From Basidiobolus ranarum (Eukaryota), in NCBI GenBank assembly GCA_040143965.1, contig JASJQH010000006.1:1-61419 (forward strand): a DNA stretch of 61,419 bases, read 5' to 3'. A program made the translations under genes and the position numbers. Below are positions 24,222-36,666 of the stretch, in pieces. Below the pieces are notes generated by a model. The model was given only the letters and a program-made list of their open reading frames with translations, was not told the DNA's origin and did not search any database. Each line of letters begins with the position of its first letter. The stretch's first letter is position 1.

Positions 24222-26213
24222 TTACAAGTTCAAATTCTGTGCTCTTAAGTTTAGTTCCTTTGTACGGTCCGACATGTAATCTGTTAAACAGGGTTCACAA
24301 TAGGGCTCGGATTTGATTTGACCAAATGGAGTTTCCCCAATCACTTTTTTACATCCTGTACATTTAAAACACTGCATTCGCTATATTAGTACGATATCAA
24401 GTAACCAACTGTGTTCTCCTTCAAATTACCTGAGTATGATATTTTTGTTCACGATAGGTAATGTAACCACCACGAATATCTAGTCCGCAAGAAACGCATT
24501 TGGGTCGCTGTACACACTATAGGTTGCAAATGGTTAATACACTGGGTAACCCGTCGGCAAATTTGAAACTCTCATCTTACTTGTTCATGGTAGGGTTTAC
24601 CATTTCTGCTAATGAAGATTCCATCGTCAATGACCAAGTCACAACCTTGGCAACGGAAACAGTGAGGGTGGTACTTTGAACCATCCGATAAAGTTATCCA
24701 AGAACCATGAATTTCCTGATCGCATCTTTTACAACTGTATTCGCTTGAGGCTTTGGAGGAAGTCTTTCTTGGAATGCATGGTTCGTGAAATAATTTTCCA
24801 TTTACACTAATATATACGCCATCCTCAAAAGGTTTGGAACATCCCTCACAAACACAACAATCGGGGTGAATACTTCTCCCATCTGGAAGAGTATACCAAG
24901 AAGTACCCAAAAGCTTACTACATTTGAAGCAAAATCTTCCTTTTCCAGGTCCTTTAGCGGGTGGTTGGGGTAGCGGCTTTCGGCGCTCAATCTCATTAGT
25001 ATCTGAGGGAACGTCAGGGACTCCACTAGCACCCGTTTGGTATTTGAGCTCACTTTTCAATGTATCTACATTCGATTCAATAGGGGTAGGAGCAGGAGCA
25101 GGGACAGGGGATTGTGGTTTGGTAGGTGCTTTCTCCTCAATATGTAAATCCTGTATGTTTGGAATCTCCTCTGTGTCTGACTCAACCTTAGACTCGGTAG
25201 TTGGCGTCTCGATCACAGTGCTTTCAACTGAGGGAGCAGGTTCAGACTCAGCGATGTCAGTACTAACATTACTTGGCTCAATGGTAGGTGATGAAAAAGC
25301 TGTCGGTTTAGAAGGAATGTATGGCGGCTTAATACCCGAGGCAAAGGGAGATCTAGACTTGATTCCACTAGATGACCCGTATATAGCAGAAGCAGGTCTA
25401 CCACCAATAGTAGCATTCCTGCTAAGACCGGGTGAAGATGGGGGAACATAGCTGCTTCTCTTGATGACTCTAGGTTTTTCGTCTGGAATATGGTTTGAAT
25501 CTGTAGTTGAGCTAGTGGTCTGGTTTCGTTTTATATTAGCCCCATCTTTATAAGCAGGTGAGATCATAGTTCTACTTCTAGATAAATCACTAGGTGCTTT
25601 TTTAGAAAAGTTAAAAATCACACTTGGTGGACGACTCCCAGGAGTAGGTGAAGGGGTATGTCTGGATAAGAAAGTGGTGTTAAAAGAGCGACGTTTATCA
25701 GCAGCACTAGTTTCTGTGTTCTCTGATTCAGAATTGTTATCGAAAGTGTCCGGATTAGGTGAAGGGGTTGTATTTCTGGAGCTAGCTCCAGCTGATCCGG
25801 GTCTTTGAGGTAATGGCTTGGAAACAGGCTCGTTTGTAGGAGAAAGCGCACCTTGTCTATCAACACCAGGAGATTTGGCACCCATCCTTTGGTCGTTATT
25901 GAAAATTCGTTTAGATCCGGAACGTTCTAAACCACCGTTTAAGTATCTATAAGAATAAACAATAAGTGAAAATGTTTCAATAAGTTGAAGAATATAGCCT
26001 AGTGTTTACTTTTTAGACCAACGATCATGAGAATCTTCATTCCCAAAAGCCGTAGAAACTACAACATTCGAATAGAATAAGAAAAGTTTGAGTAAACATA
26101 AGAGGATGATAGGCATTATGTTTAGAGATAAAAACAACACCTGCAACTTTCCCACCGCATCTATTGCATTTAGAGCTGAATTGAAGCTCCCCACATCTTT
26201 GACAATATCCCAT
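24222..26213 (-). CDS. LIM-domain protein: N-terminal CxxC...CxxC, Pro/Ser-rich middle, three C-terminal LIM domains; 5 exons
   Basis: Spliced start 'MGYCQRCGELQFSSKCNRCGGKVA|VST...DRWSKKYL'. LIMs 'CFKC...HPDCCVCEGC...HEPC', 'CKRC...HPHCFRCQGC...HEQC' and 'CVSC...HTQCFKCTGC...CEPC'. Confidence 0.87.
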
Positions 26214-26831
26214 TTATAATTTTGTAACAAAAAAAGTCAAGAGATCAGTGCAATGAAGAAACAACGCTATTAGCTACTTGAAGTCAATACGTTAGGAGTG
26301 GTTGGGATACTAAATGGTCTAGTACCCAAAATACTAGCCAAATACTAGGTACAACATTATTGATCGATTGATTGATACTTCTCACTTGTTTTCTATTAAA
26401 TGGTAGCAGTATTTTAGTAAACATTCATTACTTTTTTTGATCCGAGCTGTCTGAATTAACATGAATTCAATAGTATATATTAGCTAAGGTCTTCGAAACC
26501 ACGTATAAAATATATCAACATCTCCTTTTGGGGCTCCTTGATTTGGGGAACTAACCAATACATGGGAATCGAAGGGACAACACAGATAGTTTGTTTACGC
26601 ATAAAATCATTTAAATTATGCATAAGGCTATTTACGTTGGTGTAATTAAAATAGTTTATTTCAAAATCATTCGGTCATTTGCCATGATTAGCATTGATAA
26701 AGTTGGGCAAGCGGGTAAGCGGGAGTTGTTCGAGTGCGTATTGCCAAGTAAGAATAAAGAGAAAACATCTATTGAATACGACATTTGAATCCACGAGATT
26801 AAGGGAATAATGGGAACGCCAAGGTGGACAT

Positions 26832-28029
<1,198 letters not shown>

Positions 28030-29029
28030 GGAATGTTTCTATTCCTAAAAAAAGGAGTGAAATAAACGAATGATGTGCTTCACGGAAAAAGTTATTTAAT
28101 GAGTGCGGGCAGTAGATTTATCAGTCTTAACATCCACGTTACAATAGGAAGAGTTTTAGGAAGTAGTGGCAAGCAAGTATGAGGTTTTGAAGTCCAAACA
28201 GAGAGAATATAGACAATTTGTTGTAGTAGCTGATATTGGTAGCGATGTAAGTGATTTTTTCGCTAATTAATAAATTGGAATTCTTCTAAATTATACGGAT
28301 TTATTGGGAAATTAAGTTATAGAGGAATGAATAGATCCTACTATTAACTACACAAATTAAATGAAAATCTCGACACGCATTTTACTAGGTCATTTTCAGA
28401 ACTTTATTTGATTTAGGACTATTTTGGCCGCTTTAGGTTAAGCAATAGAGATAGTCGTGGGTCCTTAGCGCTATGTGGATTCTTTATGGTGTAAAGGCAA
28501 ATATCATAGAAGCTTGTGTGTTTCATAACGAGATTGGCCAATTTTAGGCAGTCAAGTAAGATCTGACTTCATGCTAGCTAGAAAGAGTACTATTAGGAAT
28601 CCGATCAAATAGTCAAGATTATTGTATTGTTCTCTGTATTTCCTCTGGGAATAGCCATAAAGAACAGTGATAAGAAACAGATGTATAGGAAATATGTGAT
28701 ATTGTTAAAAAGAGTGAAACGCTCGAGTCAAATGGGCTAGCAACAATACAAAAAGTGATGAATAATGATTGAAAAGAACTTTGAAAATACAAGGTGAATT
28801 ATTGTATTTGAGAACGAACAACTAAGCAAATATCTTCTCATAATCCCTCAATTTCCCGATAAATTAAACACTGTCTTAAATTAAACTATATGTTGCAGAT
28901 TACGCTTTTTTCAGGCACCAGTTATTCGACAAAGATGAGAAACTATGGCCGTTTTGATGAGCTTCAATGATTCCGATAGTATAAGAAAAGGTCCCCAAAT
29001 AAAAATGAATAATCCCAACTCCAAAAAAG

Positions 29030-29045
29030 GACGCGACGCACGCGT
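29030..29045. promoter_or_regulatory. MCB-like elements (ACGCGA + ACGCGT) upstream of the APSES/ankyrin gene
   Basis: GACGCGACGCACGCGT about 170 bp upstream of the ATG at 29213. Confidence 0.55.
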
Positions 29046-29212
29046 TTCCCATAGTGAAGCTCTACCTCAAAAACCTTGTTCAGAAGAAAAGAAAACAAGC
29101 TTGAAAAAAGGAACCATCATTTTGCCTCATATTATATTATTACCATCTCTCTGGCATTAAAATACCATTACAATTCATTGAGAAAACTCAACTTTGAAAT
29201 TCGTTTCTTCGA

Positions 29213-31252
29213 ATGACACAGATTTTTAAGGCCACATACTCAGGTGTCCCTGTTTACGAAATGATGTGCCGAGGGGTTGCAGTAATGAGGAGACGCCATG
29301 ACTCAGCTCTAAATGCCACACAACTATTGAAAGTCGCTAACTTTGATAAACCTCAACGAACAAGAATACTGGAAAGAGAAGTACAAGTTGGCGAACATGA
29401 AAAAGTTCAAGGTGGCTATGGAAAATACCAAGGTGAATACAAATCTAAATATTTTTCTGATGATGGTGATTTTCACCAGAAAATGTCACTAATTTTTAGT
29501 TTTAAATAACAAGGCACTTGGGTTCCTTTTGAGAGGGGAGTGGCTTTGGCAACCCAATATGAGGTAGTGGAGTTATTGAGGCCACTGTTTGATTATCGAC
29601 CAAACTCAGAAAGTCCTCCACCCGCACCTAAGCACACAGTAAACAATTCCTCACGTCAACGCAAAAAAAAAGAGGACACGCTTGACAAAGAAATTCTGCA
29701 GGTCTCAAAGCCTATTAAAAAAGCCAAGGGTAGCCAACCACGACGTCGATCACACCACGAGACAGACTTCACGGATTCATCTACAACCGAACCACCCACA
29801 CTATCCGATACTGACTCTGATTTGACATCAGTAGACTCGGACATGACTTTGGACTTCGACTCGGAGGATTCTCTAGATAATCCACCTCCTAAGCGGGCCA
29901 GAGGAGCCACTAATATTAAAGTTGAAGAGAGCGAGCATTTGCATGAAAACGCTGCCAAGAAAGCTACAGCTGCTAGTGGGAAAGAAGAGCCAACTATATC
30001 CAAACATGCAGGCATATTAAGGGAATACTTTTCTTCAAACTCTCAAGACATTCCAGAGATTTTTCGAAGTCCTATCAGTTTCGATATAAATAATCCAATT
30101 GACCAGGATGGAAGTACTTGCTTACACTGGGCTTCCTCTACGGGTAGAATGGCATTGGTTAAACTCTTGATCACATTCGGAGGAGATATTCATTCACGAA
30201 ATAGATTCGGCCACACTCCGCTTGTACATAGCATATTCTTTCCCGTGAACTATAATCGTGGTACGTTTGTACACTTGGTTGATCTATTATTGGACAGTAT
30301 TGGTGACTATGATAGTCAAAACCAAACAATATTTCATCATCTATGCAAATCCTCATTAGCTGGCGATAATGAAACGAGACTCTACTATCTTACATGTTTG
30401 TTGGAGAAACTAGCAAAAGCCCCCAAAGCAAAGACTCTGATCTTTAGTATGAAGGATATAAATGGAGACACCGCTTTAGACATAGCTAACCGCTCGAATG
30501 AGTCCATGGCTAAACTACTACAGTACTCTAATACGAGGCCTACATCGGACACGAAAAACAGTCAAAACCTAGATAAGCTCTTGGATGAAGGGTATCAAAG
30601 AGAGACAGTGATGAAGGCCATATCTTTTCGCTCCGGTACACGATCACCTTCACCTGAGACTCAACATCACATATCATGCCTTCAAGCATCAAGAAAGATA
30701 CTTCCGTCTGTAACCCGAGCGCTTCAAGATATTGAGACGGCACATCATAGAGAGTTGGACGAATTAAACCGACAAGTGTTCTCTACTCAGGCGATCCTTT
30801 CCTCTGTCAACCAAGAGATACAAGAGGCTCAGCGATCGATTAACAGTTTTCAAAAAGCTATCAAGCCTTACGAACAAACCCAAAACCAAATTGCACGATT
30901 GGAAAACCAGCTAACAGAATCTATTCAACATAGATGCCAGCTACAATTAGAGATTACCGAGCTTAAGTTGCCTGACTTGAAGAAAGCGACGCACAGCACA
31001 AACACTGACGAGCTGGTTAAAGAAATTGTCGAATTGCGAAGAAATATTGAAAGCTTTGAAAGCAAACAGCAAAGCCTAATAAGTGAAATGGTGAAATTGG
31101 CTAGGTATCAACCTTCAAGTGATCAGCCTTTAAACTCTGAATACAAACGAGTCATTGCTATGTGCTGCGACATACCTTTGGAAACTGTTGATTTAATTGC
31201 CCAGCCTTTGATGGAAATACTTGCTCTTGAAGACCCGTTCTCGCAGCTATAG
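29213..31252 (+). CDS. MBF/SBF transcription factor (Mbp1/Swi4/Res-like): APSES/KilA-N, ankyrin repeats, coiled coil; intron 29433-29513
   Basis: '[11 protein letters not shown]...[55 protein letters not shown]'; ankyrin '[16 protein letters not shown]'; C-terminal 'YKRVIAMCC'. Confidence 0.93.
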
Positions 31253-32116
31253 ATGACAGGGAAGCTTCTACTATGGAGCGAACATACCCTTACTCTTTCT
31301 GTTTCACGAATCTGTGTCCATTACCACCGTTTTCTAACTCACCATTATCCTTTCTATACCGTATAATTTCGCTACATAACTTAATCACCTAATATTGTCA
31401 CCATCCTTATCTTGTTAAATCCGGTATTATTTGTATTTCTATGGGCACATCTTGCCTCACTTTGCACAATCACCTAAAGACCCAACTTTGTCAATGTTCG
31501 AGATTCCCTGGTTGTATCTCCTCAATAAATGTATTGAACCCACGAGGTGGCTAAAAGACAGTTTTGTGCCATATATTCTCATGTAACAAAAGATGCGTGA
31601 GAAAATGAAAGAACATCAAATCCCAATCGGAAGAACTATTTTTCCAAGGTCGTCTTATAGCCTGTGTGATAATCATCATCTGTGAAGATGAGAGTATTAT
31701 CCAAAACTTAATTTCCTTGGGTTTTCTTCATCCATTCGGGGATAGGATGGGTTTGCAGATTGCCGAGAGTTTAGATAAATACGGAATGCGAAAACAAGGA
31801 GCACAGCTATGGGTTGGCTCCTACCTCTCTCCTATAAATATATATATATATAGCTCAATATGAACAAATATATAGTAAAGAGATGGCATTAACGTTACAC
31901 CATGAGTACTTAACCAGCCATGTGTTCATTGGTATTCCTCAAGTGTACTTGAACTGTTCCTCTAGTAGAAGAAACCTGATACTTTGCACATGATCACATC
32001 CGCTAATGCTGTTCTCAAAATAGTAGGAGCATAGCAATACCCAATGACATGTGAGGCTATTGTAGCCTAGGAACCTCTTATCCAACGATAAGTGGAAGCC
32101 ACGCATTTGGTACTAC

Positions 32117-32550
32117 TGAGTCATGGCAAATAAGAGTAGGAGCGCCTCTGAACGAATCTTCATACAATCACCATTGTCGCATGTTTTCAAACTTGATTAC
32201 TAAAAAGCTATTTAGATATTATCTGCAGGCCAATGAAACAGGTCTTATCAATGCCCAATCATTGCAACACTTGTGGGAAACGTAGCCCCTCCCCCATATT
32301 TTTGCTTTTTTTTTTTCGCCAAAGCCTTTGTTTAGCAATTTATTAGTGTTTTATATGTATTTTACATCTCATATTCAATGATTCAGTGATGTTCATAGCT
32401 CCCCCAAAAGAAAATTTTATATGTTGACCCGGTGCTCACGTATAAAGTTTTGCTGTAGGCTTTTTGCTTCTTTACACCTTTTCCATTCGGTGATTGTTGG
32501 TACTTTGAACGTCGGAACTTCCGGTTTACTACTATATCTTACTTGACTCA
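32117..32550. promoter_or_regulatory. Two Gcn4/AP-1 response elements upstream of the Gcn4-like gene
   Basis: TGAGTCAT at 32117-32124 and TGACTCA at 32544-32550. Confidence 0.5.
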
Positions 32551-32687
32551 AATATTTGGATTTTTGTTGTCTCTGACACTCATACTCTGCGCTCTCTAAT
32601 TATTATTATTCTTACGCGCTTCTAATTTTTATTAATTATTTTTTATTGAACACTCTCTATTCCACACACACTTATATTTTTTTCATC

Positions 32688-32881
32688 ATGGCTTCTATCA
32701 TGGTCTAAATTGTTTGTTCGCAAACTCTCATTAACAATATTAAATAGTAACTTCAAATAACCAGTAGCCCATATCCAAAATGGTCTACCTAATAACAACA
32801 ACATCCCAGCAATCATGTCTCCTCCAACGTGCCAGCCCAGAAAACCTTCCGTGTGAAAAACCTCCATCTTATCGAAGTTGA
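32688..32881 (+). promoter_or_regulatory. uORFs in the Gcn4/CPC-1 leader: uORF1 32688-32708 (MASIMV), uORF2 32780-32881 (33 aa), uORF3 32815-32856 (13 aa)
   Basis: AUG-initiated short ORFs read directly 110-300 nt upstream of the main ATG. The layout is a short uORF1 followed by longer uORFs, as in GCN4/cpc-1/ATF4. Confidence 0.75.
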
Positions 32882-32990
32882 TAACATCGTATTCAATTCC
32901 GTCAAAATCCCACTAGTCGATTTACCGTTCCCTTAAGCAATCATTATTATTGTTCCCATTCAAAACGCCATTTGCGAATCTACCTTTTCA

Positions 32991-33842
32991 ATGTCACTTG
33001 CCGCTTTCCCTCCTGAACTCTCTTTCGAACCTATCTGCGAAGATTATTTATCAAAAAACATGAACAATACCGCCTGTGAACCTGCACAGTTCTTTCCGAC
33101 CCTCCAGGGTCTCAACACCAACGCTCCTACTCCTGAAGAAGTTGAGCAACTTTCATTCTTCGATCAGTGGCTCACCAGTGATTATCAAGGCTCTGCTACT
33201 CAGTCACCTGAAGAGTTGATCTCTTCTATTGATGATTTCGAAATCATTCCATACGGTGATTTTACCGCTATGTCTCCTGAAAGCCTAGATGCCTTCAATA
33301 TGTCTTTGATCGACAACTCTATGTTTAGCGACTTTCCTTCTCCAGCAAACCTTCCTCAAATGAATTTCCTTCCAGAAGTATCAGCTGATGTAAACTTGGC
33401 TACATCTTGTGAGAATTTTATGTCTCCTACCTACAGCCATTCTGCAGATCTCCATTCTCCCGTTAATATCCAGCTTCCTTCTCCTATTCAAACACCACGT
33501 CTCAGTTTCTTGCCTGTTTCCGTTAGCAACGAAATCGAAGCTCCTACCAAAGTGTCTAGTAAACGTGGCCGCCAGTCTGAAGATTCAAGCGACATTGCCA
33601 TCAAGCGTAAGAGAAATACTGATGCTGCTCGTAAATCACGCCAGCGCAAGGTTGACCGGATTAGTGAGTTGGATAAACGCACATCACAGCTTCAGACTGA
33701 GAACAATCTCCTGAATACTAAGGTCGCTATATTGGAGAGTGAAAAGAAGCATCAAAGACAAAAGGAGCTGGAACTTCAAATTCGTATTCAAACCCTTGAG
33801 AACCAACTTTCCGAGGCCCATCGTATCCTCACTGAGCGCTAG
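32991..33842 (+). CDS. GCN4: bZIP transcription factor, Gcn4/CPC-1-like
   Basis: Basic region 'IAIKRKRNTDAARKSRQRK' resembles Gcn4 'ALKRARNTEAARRSRARK'. Acidic/hydrophobic N-terminus and upstream uORFs. Confidence 0.82.
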   Translation: MSLAAFPPELSFEPICEDYLSKNMNNTACEPAQFFPTLQGLNTNAPTPEEVEQLSFFDQWLTSDYQGSATQSPEELISSIDDFEIIPYGDFTAMSPESLDAFNMSLIDNSMFSDFPSPANLPQMNFLPEVSADVNLATSCENFMSPTYSHSADLHSPVNIQLPSPIQTPRLSFLPVSVSNEIEAPTKVSSKRGRQSEDSSDIAIKRKRNTDAARKSRQRKVDRISELDKRTSQLQTENNLLNTKVAILESEKKHQRQKELELQIRIQTLENQLSEAHRILTER

Positions 33843-34432
33843 GTATCTACTATGGTTTAGCATATTGCAAATCACTATTGGTCGCTTTCCCCTGCTATGT
33901 GGTATAATATGAAATTGACCATATCTTATCTGAGTTAGTTCTATGAACGCGATATGTTCTACGAATCCAAACCGAGTTACAGTATGAAGAACATATTCAG
34001 TATGTAAATATTGAAGAACATGTGGAATTATTGTATCATCACCTTCAGCATTCGCTTTCCTTATCACTTATTTTTTGTTATTACTTCGGCAGTAATCAAG
34101 TCGTTTGACAATTTTTCATTACGTTTTATACTCTGTGTCAACATCAACAAACTAGTATTCCATTTGTGATATGTACATCATATCCATTATCAGATATGTT
34201 CATTCTTTTCCGATTTCCCAAATAAAAATATTTTACTGTAATTCTAGACTTTACCAATACTGTCAATATTATCGATGGGCTTCCTACCATTCTCCATAAG
34301 AAAGTGTCTTCCAGCTATGTAAAATGCTTTGAGTAACGAAAGTCTTTGCTACAGATGCTTTTATTAATATACTACTCCGAGTTTCATATGCCACTGGAGG
34401 GTAAAAATTGAATAATTACTAAAATGTTATAG

Positions 34433-35892
34433 TTAGAATTCTAACCACTGTTTATAATACAAGCAGTTAGATGGTGAAATGGGCCCATCTTCGGTACATA
34501 TTTTGAATACCTATAAACAGAGCAAATCATCAATTGGTGAGGAGGAACAGAGAAAGGCTTATATAATCAATGTACTTACAGGACATTTGCCGCAAGGGAT
34601 TTCAGTTAGTGAATTTTCCTTGGTTCTATCTTTTACGGCTTTGTACATCCACTCAACCTCCTCCTTTTCATCGTCCCAATCCATCAAATCAACGGGAGGT
34701 AAAATTCTTTCTATTTTGCCATCGTAGACCAACACATCCAGCAGACACACAATGTCTTCCATAGACAGGTCTACAGTACTAATGCGGTTATCCACAATAA
34801 AACGACGAATTTGATTCGCAGTAGGGTACTGAGCATAGCTAGTGGAGTATACAGCATCTGTGTTATTACGTGGAAAGCTCTACAGAGTTGAAGCATTAAT
34901 GGAGAATATTTAGAAGGCTTGACATTGTTGACATACATACCTTCGAATATATATATTTGTAGCATTGTTTGGCTAAAGTGTCAATAAAATCTACATCCAG
35001 CTCTTGATCTGTGAACCATGGTCCACCTGTGATCTCAACTGAGGGAGTCAATTCAATCAACATATATACTTTTCGAGTTGGATTCTATGGAACAAAAAGG
35101 AAGTTATGCCCTGTAGAAGAGTATACTAAAGTTGAGATGACGATTTAACCAAATACCTTAACTGATTTAACAGCTTTAATAAGCATTTTTTGTTCTAATG
35201 TCTTCAAACAACGCATCACTACTTGCTGGTGCAGATTGGTTTTCATTTTTAGATTCTTCGTCCAAATGCCTTCATTGCCTGAAGATTTAATATGTTGATA
35301 AATGAGTCTTTCATCCCCCTCAAGCATAGACATCCTAGATTTATATACCGCTTGTTTAACAAATATGTTGGATAAATGCTAGTAGACGAAAATAATACAT
35401 ACTTGTCAACTTCTTCAATATTCACGGCGCGATAAGAAAAGGTAGATCCGACGCGAAAGATCTCAATGAAGTTCTGTGCAAGTTTAACAAATACTTACTG
35501 ATTAGAAACGGTATAGAATACTTATAAAGCTGAACTAATCCCTACCCGTTTAGAAAGCTTATTAATGATCTCTGCGATCTCCTCAACCGTAAAATCGGGC
35601 ATCTGTTTTGTGATGAGGTCATCTGTTAAACCCTATAGTTATATCAAAGTGAGTGAGTGGTTGGTCCACCATATTTGATAATACCGACTAAGAGGAAGTT
35701 GCCTCCGAAATGTTGTTTGATCAAGAAAAATAACTGCGATTAAGTATAAAAATATTGAAAATGTATTCAGACCTTAGGTTCATTTTTACAGTGCGTTAAG
35801 AAAAGCGCCTCTTTGGGTGAGAGGCCATTGGGAATGTCGTGTGAAAACTGAATTGCACCACTATCCAAAGGCTCCTGCTTTATCTTCGACAT
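34433..35892 (-). CDS. RPC34: RNA polymerase III subunit C34 (POLR3F), multi-exon
   Basis: 'ERLIYQHIKSSGNEGIWTKNLK...CLKTLEQKMLIKAVKSVK', 'PSVEITGGPWFTDQELD', 'LLDVLVYDGKIE' and 'PCGKCPVFKICTEDGPISPSNCLYYKQWLEF'. Confidence 0.94.
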
Positions 35893-36666
35893 GTTAGGAG
35901 GCCGTATCTCTGAAAGAGTCGAATAAGAACGCTTCCTGGATTTCTATAAAATGTTTGGGAAGTGGTAGTTACTGCAACTTCCCAGACAACCGATTTCCTT
36001 GGTTTGATTTTGTGCTGGCACTCTCCCTTAGAATGCAAAAAATCTCAACTTTAGTGCATCATCCCTCATTTGATTTTTTTTTTAGTTCATTTACAAAAAC
36101 CTTACTGCAATGATTTTACTGATGAGTGTAACGTGATTAAATTTCCAAATAATTTGCGGTTGAGCCCCAGATAAGTATTTTCACCAACATCAATCAATTC
36201 ATATCATTAATTAATATTTGCCCATTAGAAAGTGCTTTGTTGATTATTCCTCTCGAGCATTTTACATGCAATGGGCTCACCAATCAAAGGAGGTGATTTG
36301 ACGGTTATAATAGATAAACATGAGCGAAAGCAAAACAAAAACAAGGGATAGTCCTTTTTTTCTCATTCAAGTTGCATAAGTGAATTTCTTGTTCAAGAAC
36401 GCCATTCGTCTTCACAGAGCTCAAGCCCTTTAATAATATCTATTACCCTTTACATACACCGGAAGGCCGTTTGCGCTATTCGTTTAGTTGTCTATCTAAC
36501 TTTCCATCTCTTTCTCTAGTTTATCTAACACAGTACTCAGCCTCATTCTTGAGCTTTCTGTTTACTGTTTCACTTCAAGTTTATGTGTTTTGTCAGATAC
36601 ATACCACATAACGAATAGTACCTTTGTAGAAACCTCAAATACTACCAACCTGTCCAGTAACTAATA

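Noticed and set aside
36286..36297. AAAGGAGGTGAT, a perfect Shine-Dalgarno-like sequence (similar at 998-1008)
   Set aside because: Eukaryotic intergenic context with no bacterial-type ORF downstream; probably chance.
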